Shown here: positions 23,170 through 36,030 of the stretch, one piece after another
Position numbering within the stretch: the stretch's first letter is position 1
Layout of the letters: each line of letters begins with the position of its first letter
Assembly: GCF_964194025.1 (NCBI RefSeq)
Contig: NC_134469.1
Location: 40,982,001 to 41,046,000 of the forward strand
Direction of reading: 5' to 3'
Length of the DNA stretch: 64,000 bases
Origin: Convolutriloba macropyga
Taxonomy: Eukaryota
Notes under the pieces: generated by a model
What the model was told of the DNA's origin: nothing
Database searches by the model: none
Seen by the model: only the letters and a program-made list of their open reading frames with translations
Made by a program: the position numbers and the translations under genes

Positions 23170-24550
23170 GATTGTGCGTTTTTTCCTTGATTTTTCAAAC
23201 ATAATAAAACAATATTTTTGTGTCTCTTGCTTAGAATTATTCCAAATTGTTTTTATGGTGGTGTTCTTAAAGTATCTGCGCAATTTCCTTCTTGTTTTCT
23301 CAAACCTAATTTTTGTTGCACATAAATCAATTTTTGGCAAATTTTTTTTGCAGTGTGTCGGGTGTTTCACCTTATGGCATGTCGGCCTGAAACCAATGAT
23401 AGAAGCTGATATCTATGTGATGTTTGAGTGGAAGTAAATTTCCTGATTAAATTGCAATGCTAATCTTAGCTTTCCCTAGTCATGCTATCAACTGTACTGT
23501 AGTATAACGGAGTGAAAGGCCTCGCCGTCTCTTCTTATCTCTGTCGTTTTTAAGACTATCTATTGAGACTTAGTTTTCTAATTTCAGTTCTCAAACCTGA
23601 ATTTGAAATAGGGTCAACGACATCTCTTTTGGACAGCTGTGGGACCATAAAAAACGTGACGACAAGTTCTGGTTGGTTTTAGCATTGGCAACAACGCTTT
23701 TATTTAGCATGAAGAAGTGATCAAGGATGTTGTTGCCGCAATTGTGTTAAAAAACCAGAGGAGCTAAGTCGTTTAATTTCGTTTTTTCAATCAAACAGTC
23801 TATGAAACATCGCTCCAAGTTATTAGAGTCCGATTAATAAAAATGTATTCGGTTCTGAATAATTTTTTTATGTTGAATTATTCCTTTTGATGTGGGGAAC
23901 TGACATTGAAGTATTGGTTCAAATGCAAAAAATTTGACTTTTTAAAATCAAAAACTATTCTGGTAAATGTTAATTCGACATTTTGTCAACCCCAACAAGT
24001 AAAGGATAACTACAGAGAGGATTGGAAGTAAAACTCTTTTACAGGAAAAAAACAATACGCTCGGGATTTTCACATAATCTGGAATAAAGATTGAATTGTT
24101 TTTGTTGTTATAAAGATTAATAAAATGTTGTAAACGTGATTTTAACTGTAAAAAACTTTTAACTCATTTTTTTAGAAATCGATAGATAGACTCAAAGACA
24201 ATTTTATATACTTTTTAAATGATTTTATTTGATTGTTAAAGCTAACGATGAACGCAATGTTCGAAAACGTTCCTTTTTTTAAATCAATTTAATTTTTAAA
24301 TGACAATACTTTCTTCTCCATTCCCTTTAATGTCTTTCAATATTTCTTCTAAAATTGACTAGCGAGTTTCTTTAGAGGTTCCTCGAATGCGAATTATAAA
24401 TGCAGGTGAACAGATTAATGGTTCTTCGGCAGTGGGTGCTAAACCCAGACGAACGATCTTCAAATCGTATTCTACTACTTCTAATGGGTGGCACAATTGA
24501 ATATCACTCGGAGCTTATAATGTTGCTTCTTGGCACTTGAAAATATGAGT
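23170..24550. repeat. Further copy of the composite repeat block
   Basis: Collinear with 18640-19950; 24360-24540 resembles 5260-5465. Confidence 0.75.
24238..24276 (+). ncRNA. Hammerhead motif copy with a core mutation
   Basis: AAAG-CTAACGA-TGAACGCAATGTTC-GAAAACGTTC-CTTT: stem I AAAG/CTTT intact, CTGA changed to CTAA. Confidence 0.6.
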
Positions 24551-24911
24551 CTTTCCTCTTTGTGCTCCCCATTACGTTATACAGACCCCATATTTTTTTC
24601 CAAAAATGGCACTAAGCTGGAGTGGCACAAGAGGAAATCTAAAATGGACTGGAGATTCAAAATGGGAACTCTAAAGAGCGACAAGAGAAAGCTATCAATA
24701 CAATTTAAGTGCAAAGGAAGAAAAACTAAGAGGAGAAAGCAAGGAGACGACTTTTGGCTGCGAGCCAGGGCTTTGGCTAACTTCTTTTGACAGTATTTTG
24801 TGGATTGGGCCAATCTTCTTAAATAAAACTGATAATTCTGATAGCGTATCTGAGCTAATTGAACCGCAGTTTCAACTAAATGTAAATGGGATCTTGGCGA
24901 TTGAAATGCAA

Positions 24912-27900
24912 CTGTTGTTGTTGTTGTAGATTTTCTGGTTTTCCTGAGGGGACTTCTCCTTGTTTTTGGATTAGAATCTTCACCACTGATCTCGGCACAG
25001 TTGGCAATCACATGCCAGCTACCAAGAACACACGTTTCGCGCTGAGAAGTTATAATGACAATTTTTCATACGCTTTATAATTCGGGTTTTTAGACCGATT
25101 GGATTCAAGAAACCCGCTTCATTTCCGCTATTATTGACAATCCGGTTCATTCGGTAGAAGAACTCATGTCGGGCTCTTTCGGTTCTGACTTTTTTGAGGT
25201 TAAAGCAGATTTTTTCTCTTTTCTGCGTTTTGGAATGGGGCGCGAGTAGATCTTTTCCTCCAGTGAACTCGAAAAAAGAAGTAGGTTGTTTAATTGCCGA
25301 TACATAGAGAGAGGCAGTAAATCCACTCGTAACAGAGGTTCTTTGTAATTAAGTTTGTAGTTTTTCGCTATCTACTTCAGTAATCTCTTTTGAAACTCCT
25401 CTAGCTTCTGAAAGTCCTATCGATGAAATGAACTGGCGAATGAACTGGACTCCATTCGTCAAAATCGGCAGTATCATATATTTGAGGAGTCATATCTTAA
25501 CTTTCTTGTTCACTTTGATTGACTGATCTCTTCTCAAAGAAAAAGTACTTTGTTTGTCTTTTTCAATCAATTTTCTAAATTTTCAGACCATGTTAGCAAA
25601 GTATTGGGATCTACACCAAGGTTATATACCACGTTTTTTTTTACTCTAGAGGGCCTCTGACAAGTCTAAAACTGAGTATACGTCCTTTAATGACTAATTG
25701 AGAACACCTATTTGGAGCTCATTGTTTTGTCTGTTTCCCATCATGAAACTTGTTTCAGGTCAAATTGAATTTCCTACTCAAAATTTCCTGGTGCCAAAAG
25801 TTTGAAATCATCTGCAAACAGAAAAAGATTGCCGAACGTGACAAGAACTGGAAGACTTTTCACGAAAATGCAGAACAGTAGCGGCCCCAAGAGGGAACCC
25901 TGGAGAACACCACTGGTTATATCCAACGTCTTGGAGGATACACTGTCTACTCTCACGAACTGCTTCCGTCCATCTACATAACTCGCCAGCATTTCAAACG
26001 GACGACATAAGACACCAGCGGCAGCTGAAGAAATCAGGTGAAAAGGAGGGAATTTATTGAAAGTTTTTGAGAAATCGCTGTAAGAAGCCACCATTTGCTC
26101 AATTGAGTTGTCAGCTAATGCTTGATAAATTATCTGTAGAAAACCAACAATTTTGGTTGCGACAGATCTTTTTTTCACAAAACTATGTTCAGAAGTGCTT
26201 ACGAAAATGATTCATCAATGGGTCGTACCATTGCTGACTTGTTTTTTTGTCTATTCTTGAAGATTGCTGAATCTGACGCTACTTTGCACTGGTTTGGTAC
26301 CTTTTATAACCTCAATATAATCTTGAAAACTCCTTGGAGAATTTTGCTGATTCAATCCACTGTTTGCTTGAAAAATTTTGTTGGTAAACCATCTGGCCAT
26401 CGAACCTTGGTAATGTCAAGCGAGAGAAGGATCGCGGAATTTTTACTTCATGAAACGGAGAAAATCGTCAAAACAGGTTTCTAGCAACTTATTTCCTCAA
26501 AATTTTTGTCTTTTTTGACGAAACGACACAATTGAAAAAATCATCTGAAAGATCAGTTTTATCTTGGTTATCCTTGCATTTTTTTTCACCCCAATTGATT
26601 TTTTTGGGTAAATTTCAAGATTTTATCAAAGATTTCAAGTGTTTGAAGACAGAATCGGTGTTTCTCGTGCTCATTAGCGCTTATTGATACGGATTTCAAC
26701 CCTTTTCACATTCTTTCGCGACAGTATTTTCTAACAGTGTCACACTCAGCTTCCAATAACAAGTAGATTTCTGTGCCAGAATATCCTTTTGCGTCTTCAA
26801 ATGTTTCAAGAGGTAAAAAATTGATGATGTTTTCCAGTGACACAAATTTGTCGATGTCTAGATCTGAGCAGGACATGCTCAACAATTAATTGATCCACGT
26901 AGCCGTAGAACTCATGGCACATGTTGTTTATATTCGTGGAGGAGACTGGGTTATATCTTCCTTGACTCACAGTGTTTCGCAATCCTGCGCAGTCCTGAGA
27001 ACCGAAACTCCTGAAATTTTGAAAGAGAGGCTTGGATTCCTCAATAGAGCAATCGGCTGAAAATTTGATTGCTATATGGTTAGAACAGTATAGACTTCGT
27101 TGAGATTTTCATCCACCTCAGCAGAGAGGCCAATATTTCGGCAAAAAGCGACATCCAATTTGTTGTGGGAGCAGGTCGGAAACTTTATTGATTGCAGAAA
27201 TATATTGGAATCCAGCAGATCAATGATTCTGTTTTTTTCTTCATTGTTGCTAAATTGAGTATGCCAATTTTTGGACGGAAAATTGAGGTCTCCGGACATG
27301 ATAAAAGCGTCTGTTTTATTGGTTATAGCGCACAATATCCTTTCAAAGTCATTGAAGTTGTACCGATACTGACTGCACTTGAGTGGATTGTAGAACTTAC
27401 AAACGAAGATGAATTTGTTATTCATCTTGATATGACAGATATAACAGCTCTCCGGAAGAGCATCATTTATTCGATGGAACAAAATTCGCTTTTCCACTGC
27501 GAGAAGAGCCGAACCTTCGCTTGTTGGCCGGTCAGATCAGAAGACCTCAAATTCTGCCTGTAGAAGTTCTGAGTCTGCGATGTTGTCAATGAGCCACGTT
27601 TCACAAACACATACATTGGCATAGTCAGCAGCTGCTAATGCATTGACAAGTTTGAACCTTTTTTTCAATTTATTAGGCTTCTTGCATTAATCTGCAAAAA
27701 ATTTAGAGATACTAGTTATGCTGAATGTTGTTTGGCCTAAGCAGTCTTGCGTGGCAACTCAATTTTCACAGCGTCGTTGAAAAGCTCAAGATTTTGGATT
27801 TTCAGCTTATCTTTTGGTACTACCGGGTCCAACGGTGGGCGGCGTTTCTCAGCATTTGTTGCATCTCCGCGCCTCTGTCTAGCATGAGGCGAATGTCATA

Positions 27901-28890
27901 ATCATTAGTCATTGTCACCAACAATGTTCTTGTTTTGCAACAATCTTTATCCAATTTTCCCAGTCGTCGGAATTGCTCCATTTTCGGGCTTAATTCAGTT
28001 CAAGTTTTCTATCAACTTCTTGTTCATTGGCACTAAATTCTCATTCCATGACTTCTCTGGATCCTCGAGAATTCCTTGCTCTCTAAAGCCTGATTGAAAG
28101 CTGCGATCAACGGTCTTGCTTTACTTTCCCTTGCTTCAACTTGAAATCTCATTTGAAGATGCCGTGGCAGATTTCTAAGCAAGATTTTCATGGTTTCTTT
28201 CCACTTTTTGCAATGCCTCGTTTACAGAGACCTGAATTCGGTCTTTAGCTACTTGAGTCAGTTGTTGCTCAATCTTCTCCAACATCTTTTCGAGGTGAAG
28301 ACTCTTAACTGATTCTTCTAATTTCATTTTGATTACAGACTCTAGTAGTCGCTCCCGTTTGCCGGTCTCTACAAGCCTTTGCAACGTCTGCTTCAAGCTC
28401 TTTTATGCCATTTATTGCTACGCTAGACAAACCACTACAGATTAGTTCCAAATGCACATCACAATTGCAACTCACACGGTGATACGATAGTTCATTGTCG
28501 TTGATTTTCTTCGTACACGTACGACACGAACGCGAAACTTTCGCAATAAGTGGGTGCACCTATAGCCACTACTTAAAAGGTCACCAGTGCACGATCACGA
28601 GAAAACCTAATCAGGGGTCAAGACTCTATAGAAGCCTTTGCTTGGTTTTTCAATGTCTTTGGTCTTCTTCTAGAAGGTGGGTTCTTCTGTTCCGTCAAAG
28701 AAAGCAGACTAGCTAATTGCTCCGATGAGGGGTGATAGAATTGTTCACAACGTCGTGCCACAACAACACATCGAGTTCTCGAAGACTTCGCTTCAGATGG
28801 TCCTGGAGTCTCTTCGCCTTGCCGACTGCTCGAGGGTTTACACTCAGTCCAGGAATTGCAAGGAAGTTTCGGCGACACCTTCGTCTAATT
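24912..28890 (-). mobile_element. Near full-length decayed CR1-group LINE (PHD-ORF1, APE, RT, (CAA)n tail)
   Basis: ORF1 PHD remnant SCRTC..CNCDVHLELICSGL (~28420-28540) plus coiled coil; APE FYNP..GDLNFP..LDVAF (27072-27497); RT SGVLQGSLLGPLLFCIFV..FADDFKL (25774-26178); (CAA)n at 24912-24927. Confidence 0.9.
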
Positions 28891-29280
28891 GAGTAACTAG
28901 TGAAAGTTTTTAGAGTTGAAAATAAATTTCGGATTTAAAATCTGACAAAGCAAAATTACATTGTCATAACGAAAAAACTGGTGATTTACTTCTGTTTGTT
29001 GGTTTTATGAGCAACACCATCGTTAGCAATTTTAGAAAAATTTGAATCTTTTCCGTTTGAGCTCCCTATTACGTTATGCAAACCCAATAGATAATTCCAC
29101 AATAATGGCACTAAATAGGAGTGGCACAAGGGTATGCTAAATCAAAAAAGAAATTTGCTTGACTTTTGGTTTTCTGCCTTGAATAATTTTCAATATCGTT
29201 TTTTGAAGAAGAATACCTATAGCAAATCTTAAGAGGCATCAGTATTAGACGAAGTAAAAGGATTATTTATTTAGCAAATC

Positions 29281-29522
29281 GGATCTTTTCCGTTTGTGCC
29301 CCCCAATTTTGTTTGTGCATATTATTAGCACCCTCAGACGCACATGCCATAGTTTTACATAATGATTTGAGGATTTTTTCGCTTTGTGTCCCAGCTTAGT
29401 GGGCGCATTTTATTTGTAACACCCAGACACGTGCAATATTTTTACATAATATACTATGCAATGGCATGTGCTCTGTAACTGGTGGCGCATAACGTACTGG
29501 GGGGCATAAAGGGAAAAGATCC
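29281..29522. mobile_element. MITE-like inverted-repeat element
   Basis: TIR GGATCTTTTCCGTTTGTGCCCC vs GGGGCATAAAGGGAAAAGATCC; no clear TSD. Confidence 0.65.
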
Positions 29523-29681
29523 TGATTTGCTATGTAATGTCACGTGCTTTGTAACTTGGTGGGGGGATGCATAACGTACTGGGGGTGGGGGGGGCACAAA
29601 CGGAAAAAACCGGCAAGTCTTTTGATTTTAATTATTCCTCTTGTTGTTCTTGTTTTACATGTAATTTTGAGAAGTATTCGA

Positions 29682-29793
29682 GGGTCTTTCCCATTATAGC
29701 CCCCCCCCCAGCTTAGTAGCCAGATAAGCTATAGCGTCCCCAAACATGGTAATTATACCATATTGAGGGGGGGGGCTATAATGGGAAAGACCC
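29682..29793. mobile_element. 112-bp MITE with an 8-bp TSD (Merlin-like)
   Basis: Perfect TIR GGGTCTTTCCCATTATAGCCCCCCCCC; TSD GTATTCGA at 29674-29681 and 29794-29801; GG termini. Superfamily is inferred. Confidence 0.9.
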
Positions 29794-30135
29794 GTATTCG
29801 ATGTGAATTTTTAGTCTCTTAGTAGAGTAATTGAAGTATTTCTCTATACCTTGAAACAGAATTCCGATCTCTAAACTCTTCTCTATGTCATTGGAATATC
29901 GAGAGGTGTACCTGTACTTATTTCTGTTCTGATCGCGTGGTGGTCTACGAAGGGTAATATTAATAACGCTTTACTGTAACTTTTGATTTTGTATCATAAA
30001 TCTGAGTAATGTGACTTGCTTAAACAAATAAAAGGGCGTTATGAACTTTGTACATGTAATGAAGTTGAAGAATTTGAGCGGACAACTGCGTTAAATTTTA
30101 GATTACAGATGCTAAAGTGAAACTTAATATTTGAA

Positions 30136-31248
30136 ATGAATTCAGCAAATTCTGCGACATTTATATCGTCTATGTCAGATCCAACGGCTCTCACATCGAA
30201 TAGCAGTTTTGCAGCTCGGCGCAAGGCGTCAGCCGATCTGAATAGGAGCTGTTGGGTATGTTTTGCAACTGATGAGGATTTTGAATCCAGAGATGAGTAT
30301 TCCGGAGGCTGGTTGAAGCCTTGTAAATGCAGGAATACGACCAAATGGGTGCATCAACATTGCCTACAAAGGTGGATTGATGAGAAACAAAGAGGAAATC
30401 CGAGCATCAAAGTTCAATGTCCTCAGTGCTCTTATCCTTACGTTATAAATTTCCCAAAGCAAAGCAAATTTATTAAATTTCTCGAATTGTACGAGAAGTG
30501 GATACAGAAAAGTTGTCCCATTTTTGCGGCTGCGTTTGCAGCAGGAGCTGTATATTGGACTTCAGTTAGTTACGGCGCCTTCACAATAATGCAAATCTTT
30601 GGATCACGTGAAGGGCTGGAGTTGCTTGAAAAAGGCGACCCGCTTTTTCTGCTGATTGTTATGCCGGCAATTCCCGTATGTCTAGTTCTAGGAAAACTTG
30701 TCAAATGGGAAGACCTGGTTTTGAAATTATGGCGTAAACACTCGAAAAGATTAATCGATTTTTTTCATGCGTATGCTGGAGACAGAAGTCAACTGCCTTA
30801 TCGCAGAGACATGGCCACCGGACAAATGACATCGCAGCAAGCTGCACGTGATCCAGTTGAGGCTGCAATAATTTCGGACCCAATAAGTGCAACTAGAGTT
30901 TTGTGCGGAGCTCTTGTTCTTCCTACAATCTCACTCATGTTCGGCAAAGTGTTCTTCCAAAACGTGCAAACCAGCCTGCAGCGAACCTTGCTGGGAGGCA
31001 TCAGTTTTATAGTGTGCAAAGGTGTTCTCAAGATGTATTTCCGACAACAGCAATTCTTGCGTACACTAAAGAGACAAATTGAAGATTACCAAGAGCCTGA
31101 GGAGACTAATGATGCGAGTTCTACGGCCTCGGAAAATGTTGATAACGAGACTTTAGTCACTGCTGAGATTGAGTTTGAAGCTGCTGGAAACAATGTCAGA
31201 TTGAATTCTGAAGAGGCAAATGACAGCGATTTCCTACCAACTGATTAA
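30136..31248 (+). CDS. MARCHF5: E3 ubiquitin ligase MARCHF5/MITOL (RING-CH, mitochondrial outer membrane), single coding exon, 370 aa
   Basis: RSCWVCFATDED..PCKCRNTTKWVHQHCLQRWIDEKQRGN..CPQC; DPLFLLI; ATRVLCGALVLPTI; LQRTLLGG..YFRQQQ - all characteristic of MARCH5. Confidence 0.96.
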   Translation: MNSANSATFISSMSDPTALTSNSSFAARRKASADLNRSCWVCFATDEDFESRDEYSGGWLKPCKCRNTTKWVHQHCLQRWIDEKQRGNPSIKVQCPQCSYPYVINFPKQSKFIKFLELYEKWIQKSCPIFAAAFAAGAVYWTSVSYGAFTIMQIFGSREGLELLEKGDPLFLLIVMPAIPVCLVLGKLVKWEDLVLKLWRKHSKRLIDFFHAYAGDRSQLPYRRDMATGQMTSQQAARDPVEAAIISDPISATRVLCGALVLPTISLMFGKVFFQNVQTSLQRTLLGGISFIVCKGVLKMYFRQQQFLRTLKRQIEDYQEPEETNDASSTASENVDNETLVTAEIEFEAAGNNVRLNSEEANDSDFLPTD

Positions 31249-31961
31249 TAACTATGACTTTGTGGCAAATTCATTACTCTAATACTCTGCTAGCACTATA
31301 AGTTTGTTTAAAGTTTCTGATTTCTGAAGGAGATTAAAAATGGCAGTGTTATACATTTAAGCTCACGGTTTAAGATTTTGACTGCAATTGAGGTTTGAGA
31401 ATGTGCTGGTCGACTTTATTTGCATAAATAGCTAGAGTAGAAATTGTAATTCATGTAGTGTTGCTTTAAGTTGAAAGAACGAATCATTCTTTTAGTCAAT
31501 CTTTAAGTGCAATTTTGCGTATATGGAGATAGTTTTTTTCGAGGTTTTTAAATCAAAATTTTGGGAAAAAATTCTCAAAGATGTCCTTGTCATAATCTTC
31601 TGAGTCCTTATTAAATTTGAATATTATCGGATACGATATATGGTAACAAATTGACGTCTAGAGATCATCAACAAACATTTGACCTTTGAAGATTGGTACT
31701 TTTCGAAAATTTTTCTGATGGTGCTCAAAAACTAAGATTCAAACTGCTCAAGCTGTAAAGCTTGTTGAACATATATAGAAGTATTACTTGGTCACGTAAT
31801 TTAAAGCAACACTGTGAAAATCTCTTAAGTTACATGCCTATTTGTATGCTCAGTTTACACTTTGAAAGAGTCATTTTTGTATTCGGATGAGATGATCTAT
31901 TTCTCTCTCTTCACAACTTTGATTGGGCAATCAAATTTTTCTTCAGTTAAAATTGATTGAA

Positions 31962-32193
31962 ATGCCGGAGGTTCAGAAAGGCCAAATTATTGTCTATTCG
32001 ATAATCGGATGTCCTCATTGTATGCGCGCGAAAAACTCCCTTCGTCAAGAAGGTCTACAGTATGTGGATGTGAGTTTGGACATGTTTCCACCCGAGATAC
32101 AGCAGCAAGTGACCAAGTTGAGTGAAGGCAAAACCAGTGTGCCGCAGATCTTCTTCAATGAGAAGCATATTGGTGGAAACCAAGAACTTCAAG
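31962..32193 (+). CDS. Glutaredoxin-DEP-DUF547 protein, coding exon 1 (glutaredoxin domain)
   Basis: VYSIIGCPHCMRAK..SVPQIFFNEKHIGGNQEL; donor GT at 32194, phase 1 compatible with exon 2. Confidence 0.9.
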
Positions 32194-32856
32194 GTTGTAA
32201 CCCCGAGAATTAATATAGCTGCGTGACTCTAGACATGCCCGCTGAAATGGTGCATATGAAAGCGTTACCTAACATTTTTCGAGTTTTTGTGGTTTGAAAT
32301 TGTCGGCGAAGTTTCGCTTTCGGTTGAGAAATTTCAAATAAAACTCATCCGGGGCAGCGAACAAGACGGCTCGTGCGAGACTGTTTGTAGCACAGAAAGT
32401 TCCAACATAAGTCTCAAGTTTTTAAATGTTTCTTTTTCTGAGAGGAAAAGCTTTTTGGACCTTCTGTAAACGTAGAAAAGAAGTGGATGACTGATTTTCT
32501 CATGTAGCTTTTTATTGAAATTTGCCCAACTGATAAAATTTTATCGATTAGAAGACTCATGGTCCAGTCGAAAGGTTTCTGTGCAAGATAGTACAAATAT
32601 CAAGCTGTCATAATAAATTTGAGTCTTTTGACTGTGTCACGTTACAAAAAATTCTATTGAATACTTACGTAACAATTCAAAGAAGTATGAAATTATTTTT
32701 TTTTGGAAAAAAATGGCATTGAGATATTTTTGTTTTTCTTTACGCGGATGGATTCTGTATTTTCATGATTCAGTCAGGTTGAGAATAATATTTTGAAAAT
32801 TTAACCAAGCAGAAGTTGCGAACATGGTTACATTGTTGAAATAGATGTTATTCTTG

Positions 32857-34505
32857 TTAATAGCCGCCTCAGCTTCGCAGCCGGCTATTATAGCGCTCCC
32901 ATTTATACAAATCAAAGAATTTGAATTTTATTGGGGAGCTGTCTTTTTTTTAAGATCTGTTCACACATTTTCATGCTTTTTGAAGTGAAATTTGAGTAGT
33001 GATTTTGATCACGCCGAAACAGGAAGTGGAGCTAAAAAGCGAGTGGTTTTGCGGTCTGAAATTTTTTCACCCTAATTTTAAAGTAGAGCGAGATGAATTT
33101 GGTTCAAGATGAATTGAGAAAAAATTCAGATAAATTGCGGAGCAACTGAATCTGAAAAAACAAGTGATTAGGGCGATTGTGTAGTTTTAATGTACACAAC
33201 AATTTCCATGTATGGAAATGACGTCAATCTAAAATTAGAAATGACGTCATTATCATATATGGAATTGATGTCGTTCCTTTCTTTAGATACAAGCGTCATG
33301 TTGGAATGTTCTAGAAGGTTAAAATTAGGCAAACAAGTTTTGAAGTTCATTCACATAAATAAATATTGATTTTAAATTTTCACATTCATTCCGTTGCGTA
33401 GATTTGGGACTTTTCGTTTCACTCTCAGTATCCTCGCATTTATTTTTGTTAATCTATACGTTATCGTTACTCTAAACTTGAAATTTTTCTTTCCAAAACA
33501 GAGTGGTTTAACAAGAAAAATACAACAGGAAAACCAGTCTTTGAATTTTCTTGATTGTTCCGGTGACTTCAATAGATGTAATTCAAACTTTTGTGTCTGA
33601 AGTACTAAAAAAAGTTGACTCTCTGAGATCAAATTGAAGATAGAACATAGCACATAAATGTGCTTTTATAATCAAAAGAGGTCCAGAAAAAGTTATATTG
33701 TCGAAGAACAAATTGACGTTGTACAACTTAATGTTGTTGTATTTGAGCCTCCTCCCATCCAATCAGATTTCAGCTTTAGAAAAATGATTCTCAAGATAAA
33801 CGATTTCATTTTATGAATTGCTTTTTCTATTTTACTTTTCATAATAGTGTTTTGCTTGATGCGGTAATCATTTGTGAAAAATGTAGATTAAGAACACTTA
33901 CAACGTTTGAAAAAATATACTAAAGAAAAGAAGGAATCCCCGATGCTTACAGAGTAAACGAAATTGATGTTGATTTTTTTTCTTGGACGTTTTTACTCAA
34001 AACAACAATCATTCGATTTAGTAAAGGATTTGAATATGCAACCTTCTCTATCAAAAAATTCGAGTACGATGACTACATAGCAAAACAATCTTTTGATTTG
34101 TCTTCAGAATTACACATCAACAAGTGTGAAATCCTCTTCATATTAAATTCTGTCCCAGAGTTTATGGACTAGTACAGAAATCTATCTCAATGCGCTTATA
34201 TCCCCATTCCTGAACCAGTAACAATTACTTCATCGCAACAAAGTGCGTTTTTTCATTTTTACAAACACTGCAGAGGATGTGAAAATGCGATTCGGAATAC
34301 GACTCAACAACATTTTTACAAAAATTCAGTTCCAATTTTGGAACATTTTCCGAGATGGATTTTAGAGTTAACGAGATGGAGAGAATTTATCAAAGCTTGA
34401 CATTTTTGGTCAATTATGTCAACTCATTTCCTCTAAGTTATCTATCTTTGGCTGTTAGTTAGGCTTGGCGGATAACAGGTTACCTTTTTTGGTCACTGTT
34501 CAGTA
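32857..34505 (+). mobile_element. Helentron-associated non-autonomous element (HINE/DINE-like)
   Basis: 5' AATAGCCG..CGGCTATT palindrome; 3' GGCGGATA subTIR followed by ACAGGTTACC-T6-GGTCACTGT stem-loop. Confidence 0.5.
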
Positions 34506-34739
34506 TTGAGCTTACCTGTTTCGTGTAATGATTATTCCTTTTCTACGAGTTGATTCCTTCCTTGGCTACTTTACAACTTATACATTTCCTTTTTTGGATA
34601 ATAACGTCACATTTTTCTGCTGAACCTTACCCTTTTTGTATACTTTGTTCTGATTGGTTGATGTTTAGTATAGGAGAGTTTAGTATAGTTCAGAGGTGGA
34701 AAATTCACACAGTATCATTTGCGTTCTCTTGGAATTTTC

Positions 34740-35225
34740 AGTGCTGAATAACAGCTTTCCCTACTCAGTTTTTTTCAGAGGAGACTGCTCGGATAAGCAT
34801 CACTTATTGAATGGTTTCTACGAGTCTGTAGTAACCCTGCATATTACATTATGGCACATCCTAGAGTACCAGAGACAACAGTTCGAAACGTATCACCAGG
34901 GACAAGTTCCGATCACCGAGAACCAGCTTGGAACTCACGCAATGGGCCACGAAGTTGGTGTTATCAGTTGACATTGTTATCCTCCTTTTGCTGGAAACGA
35001 GTTCTGCCTCAGCTGTGGCTGGGAACATCGAGCTTACTCTTCCATGGGAAGGACAGATTCGCAACAACTGGTTCAATACACCCGAGGCTAGTCAGGTATC
35101 AGGAACCGCAAAACAACCTTCTCCAGATAGTTGCCAATGCTGGCAGTAGTGAACTGAGTATCGACACTGGATCATTCTCAGTCAATGATTTGGAGAACTT
35201 CGTATTACATGGAACCTATGCTTAA
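34740..35225 (+). pseudogene. Frameshifted coding-like island of unknown family
   Basis: GC-richer than flanks, preceded by an acceptor-like TTTTCAG; three overlapping ORFs that can be stitched to ~160 aa. Confidence 0.25.
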
Positions 35226-35729
35226 TTTTAATACATTACGGGGATATATTTAATCTTAGCACAACGAGGGTAAAACGAACGTGTTTTTTTATTTTCCTTA
35301 AACTGATTTTTCGGTAATAATAAATTACAAGATTAGGTTGCTTCGATTTAGCACAGTGTATGCTATTTGATATCAAATTTACGTGATTATGAGCTTTTTT
35401 CTTGTATACTAATGCGGAAAATCTGTACCACAGCAAACTTGACTCTGACGAACGTTATATAGTACTTGTCAACTTGTTGATCAAACTTTTGATTGGATTT
35501 TGCTTAAATTATAATCTGTCTATTTTGCACTGAGTTAGTTCATTTGTTTTATAAAATTTAGTATTTTCAAACAATCAAAGTATTGAACAAACACCTTGTT
35601 TGAAAAAATGCGCCAAAAGTTTGCAAAAATTTAGCCAAAACTGCAAAAATCTTAATTTCTCTAAATTCTGCAAAAGCTCTGACGAAAAACCCTGGAAAAA
35701 TCTAAAAATTTGGTGAATTCAGTCCCAGA

Positions 35730-36030
35730 TCCTGTACCTAATCTTAATACTTGTAGTCTATACCTAATCTTATTACATGGGGGCTATACCTAATCTTAAC
35801 ATATGTAGTCTATACCTAATCTTAATACATTGCGGCGGCTGTAACTAATCTTAATTCATTGCGGCGGCTATAACTTATCCTAAAACATCACGGCGGCTAT
35901 GCGTTATCTTAATACATGGCGGTGGATATAACTAATCCTAATACATGGTGGGGGCTGTACCTCATTTTAATACATGTCGATTCCATTCCTAATAATACAT
36001 GCAGATTCTATTGCTAATCTTAATTTCGAT
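35730..36030. repeat. Minisatellite, ~30-bp unit TACCTAATCTTAATACATTGCGGCGGCTA
   Basis: About 8-9 diverged tandem copies. Confidence 0.85.
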
